From: an uncultured Clostridium sp. | Lineage (GTDB): Bacteria > Bacillota > Clostridia > TANB77 > CAG-508 | Assembly (NCBI GenBank): GCA_948441945.1 | Contig: CAOJQV010000002.1 | Coordinates: 2,390 to 66,389, forward strand | DNA length: 64,000 nucleotides | Direction of reading: 5' to 3' | In this document: positions 18,087 through 28,070 of the stretch, one piece after another | Numbering within the stretch: position 1 is the first letter of the stretch | How the letters are laid out: the number at the start of each line of letters is the position of its first letter | Notes under the pieces: generated by a model | Seen by the model: the letters and a program-made list of their open reading frames with translations, nothing else | Told to the model about the DNA's origin: nothing | Database searches by the model: none | Translations under genes and position numbers: made by a program

Positions 18087-20042
18087 TCACAAAAGTTTTT
18101 CTAACTCTTTAATTTTATCTCTAATTTCAGCAGCTTTCTCAAATTCCATAGAAGCTGCATATTTAAGCATTTCATCAGTTAATTCTGAAATTGTATTTTT
18201 AATGTCTTCAACATTTTCCATTTTATATTCAACACCAATATCTTCTTGTTTAGTAATACTAATTGTATCACGAACAGATTTTGAAATTGTTGTTGGAGTA
18301 ATTCCATGTTTTAAATTATACTCTTCTTGGATTTTTCTTCTTCTATTTGTTTCAGTAATTGCTTTTTCCATTGATTCTGTTAATTCATCTGCATACATAA
18401 TTACAGTACCATTTGTATTTCTAGCAGCACGTCCTATTGTTTGAATTAAAGAACGTTCTGAACGCAAGAATCCTTCTTTGTCTGCATCTAAAATTGCTAC
18501 TAATGAAACTTCTGGAATATCTAGTCCTTCTCTTAAAAGGTTTATTCCAACTAAAACATCAAATTCTCCGAGTCTTAAATTACGTATAATTTCCATTCTT
18601 TCTAATGCTTTAATATCTGAATGCATATAATTTACTTTAATATCTAAACTTTGTAAATAAGATGTTAAGTCTTCTGCCATTTTTTTAGTTAATGTGGTAA
18701 CTAAAACTCTTTCATTTCTTTCTACACGTATACGAATTTGCTCAATTAAATCATCAATTTGGTTAGTAACTGGTTTTACTTCAATTTTAGGGTCCAAAAG
18801 CCCTGTTGGTCTAATAATTTGTTCAACTACATTTTCTTTTGAGTGTTCTTTTTCATAGTCTGCTGGAGTTGCACTTACAAAAATGACTTGATTTATTTTT
18901 TGTTCAAATTCTTCAAATTTTAATGGTCTATTATCAAAAGCAGAAGGCAATCTAAATCCATAATTAACTAATGATTCTTTCCTTGCTCTGTCTCCATTAT
19001 ACATTGCTCTAACTTGTGGAATTGTTGCATGTGATTCGTCTATTAATAATAGAAAATCATTTGGTAAATAGTCAAATAGTGTAAAAGGTGGAGAGCCTGC
19101 TGGTCTACCACTTATATGTCTTGAATAGTTTTCAATTCCTTGGCAGAATCCAGTTTCTTTCATCATTTCCATATCAAAGTTTGTTCTTTCATCAATTCTT
19201 TGTGCTTCTATTAATTTATTGTTTTCTTTAAAGAACTTTATTCTTTCTTGTAATTCTTCTTCAATGGTGACTAATGCTCTTTCCATTTTATCTGATGTTG
19301 TTACATAGTGTGAGTTTGGGAATATCATAACGTGCTTTCTTTGTGCTATTGCTTTGCCTGTTAGTGGATTAATTTCGTGTATTTTCTCAATTTCATCTCC
19401 CCAAAATTCAACTCTTATAGCAGATTCACTAGTGTCTGAAGGATAAACTTCTAAAATATCTCCTTTTGCTCTAAATGTTCCTCTTTTAAAATCAATTTCA
19501 TTTCTTGAATATTGCATGTAAATTAGTTTTTTCATAATTTCTTCTCTTGATTTTTGCATCCCTGGTCTTAAGGAAACTATCATGTGCTCATAATCAATAG
19601 GGTCTCCTAAACCATATATACAAGAGACAGAGGCTACTATTATAACATCTTTTGTTTCAAATAGAGATGCTGTTGCTGAGTGACGAAGTTTGTCAATTTC
19701 ATCATTTATTGAGGCATCTTTTTCTATATATGTGTCAGATGCTGGAATGTAACTTTCTGGCTGATAATAGTCGTAATAACTAACAAAGTACTCAACATTG
19801 TTTTTGGGAAAGAATTCTTTGAATTCTGAATATAGTTGTCCTGCTAGTGTTTTATTGTGTGCTAATACAAGTGTTGGTTTTTGTACTTTTTGTATTATAT
19901 TTGCCATTGTGAAAGTTTTTCCAGAGCCTGTAACTCCAAGTAAAGTTTGGAACTTCTTGCCTTCTTCTATTCCTTTTGATAGATATTCTATTGCTTGTGG
20001 CTGGTCGCCTGTTGGTTTATAATTTGATTCTAAATTGAACAT
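18087..20042 (-). CDS. uvrB: Excinuclease ABC subunit B
   Basis: 651 aa. [13 protein letters not shown] Walker A, helicase motifs (LLIDESH, VSATP), C-terminal UVR domain ([16 protein letters not shown]). Confidence 0.97.
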   Translation of the reverse strand: MFNLESNYKPTGDQPQAIEYLSKGIEEGKKFQTLLGVTGSGKTFTMANIIQKVQKPTLVLAHNKTLAGQLYSEFKEFFPKNNVEYFVSYYDYYQPESYIPASDTYIEKDASINDEIDKLRHSATASLFETKDVIIVASVSCIYGLGDPIDYEHMIVSLRPGMQKSREEIMKKLIYMQYSRNEIDFKRGTFRAKGDILEVYPSDTSESAIRVEFWGDEIEKIHEINPLTGKAIAQRKHVMIFPNSHYVTTSDKMERALVTIEEELQERIKFFKENNKLIEAQRIDERTNFDMEMMKETGFCQGIENYSRHISGRPAGSPPFTLFDYLPNDFLLLIDESHATIPQVRAMYNGDRARKESLVNYGFRLPSAFDNRPLKFEEFEQKINQVIFVSATPADYEKEHSKENVVEQIIRPTGLLDPKIEVKPVTNQIDDLIEQIRIRVERNERVLVTTLTKKMAEDLTSYLQSLDIKVNYMHSDIKALERMEIIRNLRLGEFDVLVGINLLREGLDIPEVSLVAILDADKEGFLRSERSLIQTIGRAARNTNGTVIMYADELTESMEKAITETNRRRKIQEEYNLKHGITPTTISKSVRDTISITKQEDIGVEYKMENVEDIKNTISELTDEMLKYAASMEFEKAAEIRDKIKELEKLL

Positions 20043-20130
20043 TTTTCCTCCTTTTTTATTTTTTGTAATGTCATTTTTGATTTAAAAAAAGAGCAAATGC
20101 CCTTTTTCTATTTTATTCTACATATTTTTA

Positions 20131-21762
20131 TTAATATTCTAAATAACTATGTTTAGAACAATAATCATTCCAACTATAAGTCACTCTATTATAGCACCCA
20201 TACGCTTTACAGTATTTTCTATATGATGTTGATGGTTTGTGGTCATAGCAATATTCACTTCCATAAGCAGTTTCTTTGTTACATCCATCCTGTTTGCAGT
20301 AATCACTTGTATCTTTTGAAGCAATTGCTGTTTTTATACCATCATAATTTACATTTATAATAATATTTCCTTTTTTATCAATTACTCCAAATTTTTTATT
20401 TTGCATTACCATAAAATATCCTTCTGAACTAATAGTATTGCTTATTTCATTATATTGTGGATTTACTATATATTTTCCTGTATTATCAATAAATCCATAT
20501 TTATCTCCCAATTTTACCATTGACAAATTATTTTCTATAAAATCATTTGCATAATCAAATTGTGGATTTATTACATATTCTCCTTTTTTATTTATATAAC
20601 CCATTTTATCATTTATTTCTACTGCTGCTAAACCATTTGCTGTAAAATTACTTACACCATCATATTGTAAATTAATTACATATTTTCCATTTTTATCAAT
20701 AAATCCATATTTATCATTTAATTCAACTGGCGTTAAACCATTTGGCTCATACATACCTATATCATCAAATTGTGGATTTATTACATATTCCCCTTTTTTA
20801 TTTATAATTCCGCATTTATCATTTACCTTAACTCTACAATAATCTGTATTTACAAAGTCTGAATAATAGCAAGAATCAAATTGTGGGTTTATTATATATT
20901 TTCCTGTTTTATCAATGAATCCATATTTCTCACCCGTTTTTACACATATTAAATTATTATATGTAAAACTAGCTATATCATCGAATTGTGGATTTATTAC
21001 ATATTCTCCATTTTTATTTATAATTCCACATAAGTCATTTACTTCCACTTGTGCAAAACCATCTTCATTAAATGAAAATGCAAAATCATATTGTGGATTT
21101 ATTACTATTTCATTTTTAGAATTAATATATCCATACTTTCCTTCAACTTTTATATATGCTCTATCACTATAAAAATATCCCATTTCTTCATATATTGGAT
21201 TTATTACATATTTTCCGTTTTCATCAATATATCCATATTTATCTTCGACTTTTACCTTCGCAAATTTGTCGTTTCCAAAACTATATGCTTCATCATATTG
21301 CATATTTATAACTATTTCATTTTTACTATTTATATATCCCCATTTATCATTTTGTTTAACTGCTGCTAATCCATTTTTAGAAAAAGCATATATATCATCA
21401 TATTGAGGGTTTATTATTATTTCTTGCTTTGCATTAATATATCCCCATTTGTCGCCAATTTTTATACCTATTAGCCCTTGTTGAAACATATCTATATTGC
21501 CTAATTTTGTTTCTTGCACTTTTTTATTATTTTTAACTATAAACCATGTTACAGTAATAATAGCCATTATTACTAATATTATTAATGCTGTTATTATTAC
21601 TACTTTTTTCTTTTCTTTAGTCTGACTTTTTGTTTCTTTCTCTTTCGTATTTTCTGTTACTTCTGTTTTTTCTGTTTCTTTTGTTTTGATTTTTTCTGTT
21701 TTTTCTACTTTTTCTTCTTTATTTTCATTTTTCTCCATTTTATTCTCCCATTTTTTTGCCAC
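20131..21762 (-). CDS. Membrane-anchored WG/KWG-repeat protein with a Cys/His-rich C-terminus
   Basis: One TM helix after a Lys/Glu-rich N-terminus, then about 11 tandem repeats of the form ..KYG(F/Y)I(D/N)..G.(Y/I)VINPQ(F/Y)D.., ending with a CxxxxC..C..H cluster. Confidence 0.7.
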   Translation of the reverse strand: MAKKWENKMEKNENKEEKVEKTEKIKTKETEKTEVTENTKEKETKSQTKEKKKVVIITALIILVIMAIITVTWFIVKNNKKVQETKLGNIDMFQQGLIGIKIGDKWGYINAKQEIIINPQYDDIYAFSKNGLAAVKQNDKWGYINSKNEIVINMQYDEAYSFGNDKFAKVKVEDKYGYIDENGKYVINPIYEEMGYFYSDRAYIKVEGKYGYINSKNEIVINPQYDFAFSFNEDGFAQVEVNDLCGIINKNGEYVINPQFDDIASFTYNNLICVKTGEKYGFIDKTGKYIINPQFDSCYYSDFVNTDYCRVKVNDKCGIINKKGEYVINPQFDDIGMYEPNGLTPVELNDKYGFIDKNGKYVINLQYDGVSNFTANGLAAVEINDKMGYINKKGEYVINPQFDYANDFIENNLSMVKLGDKYGFIDNTGKYIVNPQYNEISNTISSEGYFMVMQNKKFGVIDKKGNIIINVNYDGIKTAIASKDTSDYCKQDGCNKETAYGSEYCYDHKPSTSYRKYCKAYGCYNRVTYSWNDYCSKHSYLEY

Positions 21763-21809
21763 TGTTACATTATATGATTATGATTTTATAGTCAATGACA
21801 TAGTAAATT

Positions 21810-23045
21810 CTAGTTATTCTTATCTCTATACATTTTAATAATATCAGCAAAACTCATTTTTGTACCATAATTCAATATGGCATTAGAATATATCTTAATT
21901 GCAATATGAGCAATAACAAAAATAGTAACAAGTAAAATAGCAATGGAAATTATAACATCTGTTGTGCTTGCAATTCCCATCATTATTCTAAAAGGCATAC
22001 AAAATGGTGAAGAAATTGGAAGCATAGAAGCAAACACATTTAATTCACTAGTTGGATTCATCATAGTAAAATATGATAAATAGAAACCAACTACTGCTAA
22101 AATTGCAACTGGTGTATTAGCAGATTGAATATCCTCTGGTTTACTTACTGTTGAACCTGTTAAAGCATATAATAATGCATAAGCTAAATATCCTAAAATA
22201 AAGTATATAATTGTTACAATTCCTAGATATGGTGTAATATTAGACATATCTAATACAGCATTTATCATTTCTGGTTCTAAGAAAGCTTTTGCACTACAAA
22301 TTGCAGTTCCTACAATTATTACCATTTGAATTAACCCTACTATTCCAATTCCAATTGTTTTACCTAATACAATTGTCCTAGGACTTGTTGATGTTACTAA
22401 TGTTTCCATTATCTTTGATGTTTTTTCTGTTGTAATTGAACTTGATACTTGATATGCACAGAAATATATAGCATAAAATAATACAATAGATAATAACATT
22501 ATTGCAAAAATATTTCCACTTGCTTCTTCTTCCTCAGTTTGCTCTAAAGTGAACTCAAAGTTGGGTGTAATAGATTGTAACTGCTCTGCTGTTAAACCTA
22601 ATTTACTAATTTGCATATTGGTATACATTGTGTTAATTGTATTTATAATATCTTCTGGTACACCTTCCATCATGTTTGTGTTTTCTACTATATAACGTAT
22701 TTGTATATTATTTTCTTTTTGCTCTATTATTATTGCTGAATCTATTTCCTCTTGCTCAATCTTTTCTTTTATTTCTTCATAAGTTTTATTTTCAATTTGT
22801 ATTTCATATCCAGAATCTGTATTTTTTAATATTTCTAAATTACCTTCAAAAATATTAGCTGTATCTACTATTAATAATTTTTCTGATAAGTCATCTCCAT
22901 CAATTGATTTTATTATTTTTGGTACATTAAAACCTATTACTATTAATATTAAAATAATTAATGTTGATATAATAAATGATTTTCTTTTTAGCATATCTGA
23001 CATTGTGAATTTTATAACTGTTTTTAGGTCTTTCATTCTACTCAC
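21810..23045 (-). CDS. ABC-2 family transporter permease (NatB-like)
   Basis: 411 aa. One N-terminal TM helix, a large extracytoplasmic loop and five C-terminal TM helices. Overlaps the upstream ATPase gene by 8 nt. Confidence 0.75.
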   Translation of the reverse strand: MSRMKDLKTVIKFTMSDMLKRKSFIISTLIILILIVIGFNVPKIIKSIDGDDLSEKLLIVDTANIFEGNLEILKNTDSGYEIQIENKTYEEIKEKIEQEEIDSAIIIEQKENNIQIRYIVENTNMMEGVPEDIINTINTMYTNMQISKLGLTAEQLQSITPNFEFTLEQTEEEEASGNIFAIMLLSIVLFYAIYFCAYQVSSSITTEKTSKIMETLVTSTSPRTIVLGKTIGIGIVGLIQMVIIVGTAICSAKAFLEPEMINAVLDMSNITPYLGIVTIIYFILGYLAYALLYALTGSTVSKPEDIQSANTPVAILAVVGFYLSYFTMMNPTSELNVFASMLPISSPFCMPFRIMMGIASTTDVIISIAILLVTIFVIAHIAIKIYSNAILNYGTKMSFADIIKMYRDKNN

Positions 23046-23928
23046 CTACCTTTTCTATAAATATATCATTTAATGTTGGTTTTTTGATTTCAAATTTGTT
23101 GACTTTAATTCCATCTTTTACTAGTTCATTTAAAAGTTCATGAGCTACATTTTCATCATCAATTTTTATTGTATATTGATTGTTTTTTTCATTTTCTTTT
23201 TCAAGGTTAAATTTTGTTATGTAATTATCAATATTTTTGTCAACATCTACTTCTACTCTATTTGCTGGGTAGCTATCTTTAATTTCTTTTAAGTTTCCTT
23301 GTAATACTGTTTTTCCTTTATTTAAGATTAATATGTCACTGCAAAATTCTTCTATTGTTGACATTTGGTGTGCAGACATAATAACATATTTTCCTTCTGC
23401 AACTAAGTCTATAATGATATTTTTTAATATTTCTGTATTAACTGGGTCTAATCCACTAAATGGTTCATCTAAGACAACTAATTCTGGATTATGAATTACT
23501 GCTGTCATAAATTGAATTTTTTGTTGGTTTCCTTTTGATAATTTTTCTGCTGGCATATTTAAATATTCTTCTACTTTTAATGTTTTAGCCCATTTTTGTA
23601 TTGCTTTGTCTGCATCTTCTTTCTTCATGCCTTTTAACTCTGCAAAATACATTAATTGATTATATATTTTTGTTTTTGGATATACTCCTCTTTCTTCTGG
23701 TAAATAACCAAAATTCACTGTTTTCCTTTCTACTGTTTTTCCATTCCAAGTAATTTCACCAGCATCTTTTTTAATGATTCCTAATATCATTCTAATAGTT
23801 GTTGTTTTTCCTGCTCCATTTGTTCCTAGTAATCCAAATACTCCTGGTTTATCTAGTGTTAGTGATATTTTGTCTACTGCTTTTTTTCCTACAAAAGTTT
23901 TAGATACATTTTTTAATTCTAAACTCAT
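23038..23928 (-). CDS. ABC transporter ATP-binding protein (NatA-like)
   Basis: GLLGTNGAGKTTT Walker A, LSKGNQQKIQF signature, VVLDEPFSGLD Walker B. Confidence 0.9.
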   Translation of the reverse strand: MSLELKNVSKTFVGKKAVDKISLTLDKPGVFGLLGTNGAGKTTTIRMILGIIKKDAGEITWNGKTVERKTVNFGYLPEERGVYPKTKIYNQLMYFAELKGMKKEDADKAIQKWAKTLKVEEYLNMPAEKLSKGNQQKIQFMTAVIHNPELVVLDEPFSGLDPVNTEILKNIIIDLVAEGKYVIMSAHQMSTIEEFCSDILILNKGKTVLQGNLKEIKDSYPANRVEVDVDKNIDNYITKFNLEKENEKNNQYTIKIDDENVAHELLNELVKDGIKVNKFEIKKPTLNDIFIEKVGE

Positions 23929-23959
23929 TTTTAATCCCCTTTCTTTTTTGAGTTATTTG

Positions 23960-24000
23960 CAAAAATTGCCATCAGATATTTAGAAATTCTGATAGCAATC
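23960..24000 (-). terminator. Terminator downstream of the Wzz/BY-kinase gene
   Basis: attgccatcaga...tctgatagcaat hairpin, with a T-run on the minus strand. Confidence 0.7.
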
Positions 24001-24002
24001 TT

Positions 24003-26363
24003 TTATTCAGCTAATTGACTTATATTTTCAGCACCCTCTATTGTGCTAAAATCTAACACACATACTGATGTTTTTTCTAAATCTTCATACATAATATCAT
24101 CATTTATAGAGAAAGACTTTTTAATAACTTTTTCATTTTCTTTATTTTCTGTTCTTACCTTATTAAAATTAATAACATTGTTTTGAGATTTTTCTTCTTT
24201 TCTATTTATTGCTATTTCTTTTAGTTCTTCTATCTTTTTATTGATATTACTGATTTGTAGTCCTTGCATTAGTTTTGCTTGTGAAATTTGGTCGTCTGTT
24301 TCAGTAATTCTACTGTCTAATTGTCTTAAGTCTGTCATTTCTTCTTGCATTATTTGCAATTCTTGTTTCATTTGTTGCATTTGTTCAAGCATTTTTTTAT
24401 TTCTCTTGTGCATTTTTTTCATTGTAGTCTCTTCTAATGTTTCAATACTTCTTATAATTTCTTCTCTCTCTATTCTTAAATATTTTATTTCATCTAATAT
24501 TTCTTCTTTTTCATTATTTAAGTTTTTTATATTTTTTTCAATATCTATGCTGTTCTGTTTAAATTGTTTTAAATTCACATCATCTTTTCCAAAAACATTT
24601 TCTAATTTATCTAATATTGTTTGTTTTTCAGAATTTAATGTTTCTATTTGTTTTGTTATATTATTATTTTTGTCTATTAATTCTTTTATATCATTTTGTA
24701 TTAGTTCATTTTTTTCATCTTGCTCTTTTTTATCTTCATTTACTCTTCTTTGGAAATGCAATAGTCTATCAAAAACGCTTTTTATCATTTTTCCTATACG
24801 CATTTCTTTACTTTCGTCTTTATTACTTGTTTTGCTACGTCTTCCTGGTGAATTTCTATTAATTCTTTCTTCTTCTTTTAATTTAATTTTTGCTTGTTCT
24901 ATAATTTCTTCAACTGTTATTATTCTTTGGTTTTCTAGCTTACTTTTAAGTTCTTCATCTTCTTCTCCTGAATAATATCCTTCACCATAAGCTTTTTTAC
25001 CATAGTATCCTTGCTTTGTTTGTTTCTTTTGATTAAATATAATTCCTAATAATTTTCCGTGTACACTTTCAATTAATTTCTTTGATTTTTTTATCTCACT
25101 TATTCTTGTTTTTTTGCTTTCTGCAACTAGGATTGTTCCATCTGTCATAGCTGACAATGCAATACTATCTGCTACTTCTAAACATGAAATAGACTCTAGT
25201 ATTATAACATCATACATATATTTTAATGTTTCTATCAATCTTCTCATATTATTTGATGTTACTAATTCTGATGGATTAGGTGGTATTGTTCCACTTGTTA
25301 ATAAATGTAAGTTAGGTATTGGTGTTTCTTTTATATATTTTGCTGATGATTCTATATTTTCTATTTTACGTCCTGTTATTTCGTTTATATAATCTGATAA
25401 CCCTTCTTTTGCTACAACATCAAATAAATTGCTTTTTTTGTCTACTGTTCTTAAATTACAGTCTATTAATATTACCTTTTTATTTGCTTGTGCAAATGAA
25501 ACTGCTAAATTATTTGCAAGCCATGTTTTTCCTTCTTCATTTTTTAAATTTGTTATTAAAATTGATTTACTCTTATTTATAATTGTACCTGTTGAATATA
25601 ATATGTTTGTTCTTATTGATTTTAATATTTCTGCTATATATGATTTTGGATTAACATTTGTTATTAATTTATATTTCTTACTGTTTTTTATTGGTATTGA
25701 GCCTAATACTTTTATGTCAAAATATTTTTTTATATGATTTTCAGATTTTATTGTATCATCAAAGAAATATATAAATAATACTATTATACTTATAAATACT
25801 ATACCAAATGCTCCAAATATTAATATATCTTTTGGATGGTTCATATTACATGGTTGTTCTTCTACTTCTGCTTTGTCTACTATATTTATATTATCTAAAT
25901 GATATATTTCCTTTATTTGTTCAGTAAATACATTTGTAAGTTCTGTTGCTATTTTCATAGCTATTTCTGGGTTTTGATTTTTTACAGTTATTTTAAAAAT
26001 TTGAGTATTAGATTTTCCTGTTACTGTAACATTTTTTTGTAATTCTTCAACTGGTATTTCCATTTTTAAGTTGTTTATTGTTTTTTCTAAGACTGATGTA
26101 CTTCTTGCAATGTTACTATAAGTTACAATCAAGTTTGAATTAAGGTTTAAGTCTGATTGTGTTATTCTTGTATTTTCTTCATCATTTCTTGCCAATAAAA
26201 TTGTTGCTGATGATTCATATTCACTTTGTTTATAGTGGTATGAGTACCAGTATCCCAGAGCTAAACTTATTAATAGAATTGTTATAATCATTAGTTTTTT
26301 TGAAAAAACTATGTCTAACAGTCTTTTTATATCTATGTTTTCGTTTTTATCCATATATTCCAC
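24003..26363 (-). CDS. Fused polysaccharide co-polymerase (Wzz/CpsC-like) and BY-type tyrosine kinase (CpsD/CapB-like), with a ~300-aa coiled-coil C-terminal extension
   Basis: Wzz-type N-terminus with two TM helices. Kinase core: Walker A-like NEEGKT, ILIDCNLR, DVIILES. Tyr cluster QGYYGKKAYGEGYYSGEE. Then a long heptad-rich Lys/Glu/Gln region. Confidence 0.7.
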   Translation of the reverse strand: MEYMDKNENIDIKRLLDIVFSKKLMIITILLISLALGYWYSYHYKQSEYESSATILLARNDEENTRITQSDLNLNSNLIVTYSNIARSTSVLEKTINNLKMEIPVEELQKNVTVTGKSNTQIFKITVKNQNPEIAMKIATELTNVFTEQIKEIYHLDNINIVDKAEVEEQPCNMNHPKDILIFGAFGIVFISIIVLFIYFFDDTIKSENHIKKYFDIKVLGSIPIKNSKKYKLITNVNPKSYIAEILKSIRTNILYSTGTIINKSKSILITNLKNEEGKTWLANNLAVSFAQANKKVILIDCNLRTVDKKSNLFDVVAKEGLSDYINEITGRKIENIESSAKYIKETPIPNLHLLTSGTIPPNPSELVTSNNMRRLIETLKYMYDVIILESISCLEVADSIALSAMTDGTILVAESKKTRISEIKKSKKLIESVHGKLLGIIFNQKKQTKQGYYGKKAYGEGYYSGEEDEELKSKLENQRIITVEEIIEQAKIKLKEEERINRNSPGRRSKTSNKDESKEMRIGKMIKSVFDRLLHFQRRVNEDKKEQDEKNELIQNDIKELIDKNNNITKQIETLNSEKQTILDKLENVFGKDDVNLKQFKQNSIDIEKNIKNLNNEKEEILDEIKYLRIEREEIIRSIETLEETTMKKMHKRNKKMLEQMQQMKQELQIMQEEMTDLRQLDSRITETDDQISQAKLMQGLQISNINKKIEELKEIAINRKEEKSQNNVINFNKVRTENKENEKVIKKSFSINDDIMYEDLEKTSVCVLDFSTIEGAENISQLAE

Positions 26364-26450
26364 CTATTTTATAATTATATTTCTCGTTTGTGTTTTCAAT
26401 AAAAATATTATATCAATTTTCTTATGTTTATACAATAGTTTTTACTAATT

Positions 26451-26642
26451 TTATTTAGCAAAAATCATAATTATTGCTCCTATAATTGCTATTAAAAATC
26501 CTATTATTTTTAGTCCTGTTGAGCCTTCGTTTTGGTCTCCAAAACTAAAGAATTTTTTTGTGATTATACGTGCGTCATATATTAAAGTTATTCCTCCTAA
26601 TGCTATTAAGAGTCCGATTATTTTTAGTATTATTTGTATCAT
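26451..26642 (-). CDS. Small membrane protein, 63 aa, two TM helices
   Basis: MIQIILKIIGLLIALGG...GLKIIGFLIAIIGAIIMIFAK. Hypothetical. Confidence 0.4.
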   Translation of the reverse strand: MIQIILKIIGLLIALGGITLIYDARIITKKFFSFGDQNEGSTGLKIIGFLIAIIGAIIMIFAK

Positions 26643-26768
26643 TTTTTTACATCCTTTTTATTTTTTTACATTTATATCATATTATTTTTTAGGGAAATTG
26701 TCAATGGGAATGATATTTTTTGAAACATTTACATATATTTTAATAAAAATATTCTTTTGGAGGTAATT

Positions 26769-28023
26769 ATGCTTAAATTTAAAAATATAATTTTCATTTT
26801 TATTATAATAATTTTTGTTTTTTCTTTTATTAACTTTACTTATTCTTATGATGAATCTAGCTTATATACATGGTACACTAGTCCTATAACAGAGGAAGTG
26901 ACCTCTTCTGATGTCTTAGAAGCAAATTCTAATATTGAAAATAATAATTCTCTTAATTTGGAAAGTGGCTCTGCAATTTTAATTGAGCAATCTACTGGTC
27001 AAGTTTTATATTCTCATAATATGCATGAACAATTAAGACCTGCTTCTGTTACTAAAATTATGAGCATTTTACTTATTATGGAGCAAATTGATAATGGTGC
27101 TTTATCTTATTCAGATACTATAAGTTGTTCAGAAACTGCTCGTTCTATGGGTGGTTCTCAAATTTGGTTAGATCCTAGAGAAACTTTAACAGTTGATGAA
27201 ATGTTAAAAGCAATTTGTATTGTATCTGCTAATGATTGTGTTGTTGCAATGGCTGAACATGTTGCAGGTTCTGAAGAAGCTTTTGTGCAAATGATGAACG
27301 ATAAGGCAAAAGAACTTGGCATGAATGATACTTGTTTTAAAAATTGCCATGGTATTGATGAAGATGGTCATATAACATCTGCATTTGATATTGCTTTGAT
27401 GTCTCGTGAGTTGTTGAGTAAACATCCTGATATTACAAAATATACTACTATTTGGATGGATAGTTTAAGAGATGGAAAGTCTCAATTAGTTAATACTAAT
27501 AAATTGATTAAAACATATAAAGGCATTACAGGATTAAAGACTGGGTCTACTTCTCTTGCTTTATATAATTTATCTGCTAGTGCTACTCGTGATGATTTGT
27601 CTTTAATAGCTGTTATTATGAAAGCTCCTTCTACTAAGGTTAGATTTGCAGAGGCTCAAAAACTTTTAGATTATGGTTTTAATAAATTTTCTTTTAAGAG
27701 TTTTGGAAATAAAGATGATATAATTCAAACTGTTACTATTAATAAAGGTGTAAAGTCTACTGTAGACGTAATTTTAGAAAATAATGCTGGTACATTAATT
27801 GAAAAAGGTAAAGAGTCAGCAATTTCTCAATCTATTGAAATTAATGAAAATATATATGCTCCTATTCATAAAGGCGATAAGCTTCGGTCAAGTTACTTTT
27901 TCTTTAGATGGTCAAGAGCTTTCTAGTGTTGATTTGATTGCATCTAGTGATGTTGATAAAGCTAATTTGTTTACTATGTCTAAAAAGATTATTTATAGTT
28001 GGATTGATTTGTTGAGGAGTTAA
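26769..28023 (+). pseudogene. D-alanyl-D-alanine carboxypeptidase (PBP5/DacB/DacF type), with a +1 frame break at CGG 27885-27887
   Basis: Start chosen at MLKFKN behind the ggagg SD. SVTK active-site motif (RPASVTKIMS), SAND(=SxN), KTGST. The 0 frame stops at 27926. The +1 frame from GGT 27886 gives GQVTFSLDGQELSSVDLIASSDV..., running to the stop at 28023. Confidence 0.85.
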
Positions 28024-28024
28024 T

Positions 28025-28065
28025 AAAAGAGGGATTGGAGACCTGGTCTCTTACTCCCTTCTTTT
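28025..28065. terminator. Bidirectional hairpin between the convergent carboxypeptidase and helicase-like genes
   Basis: aagagggattg-gagacc-tg-ggtctc-ttactcccttctttt, with nested stems. Confidence 0.6.
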
Positions 28066-28070
28066 ACATT

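Noticed and set aside
20043-20130. LexA boxes upstream of uvrB (and of uvrA at 36665-36800)
   Set aside because: I searched both leaders for GAAC-N4-GTT[CT] and found none. Only recA has a convincing box.
24241-24975. 244-aa plus-strand ORF (plus several shorter ones up to 25737) opposite the Wzz/BY-kinase gene
   Set aside because: It mirrors the Lys/Glu-rich coiled-coil codons (TTC/TTT/CTT), which gives an F/S/L-rich nonsense protein.
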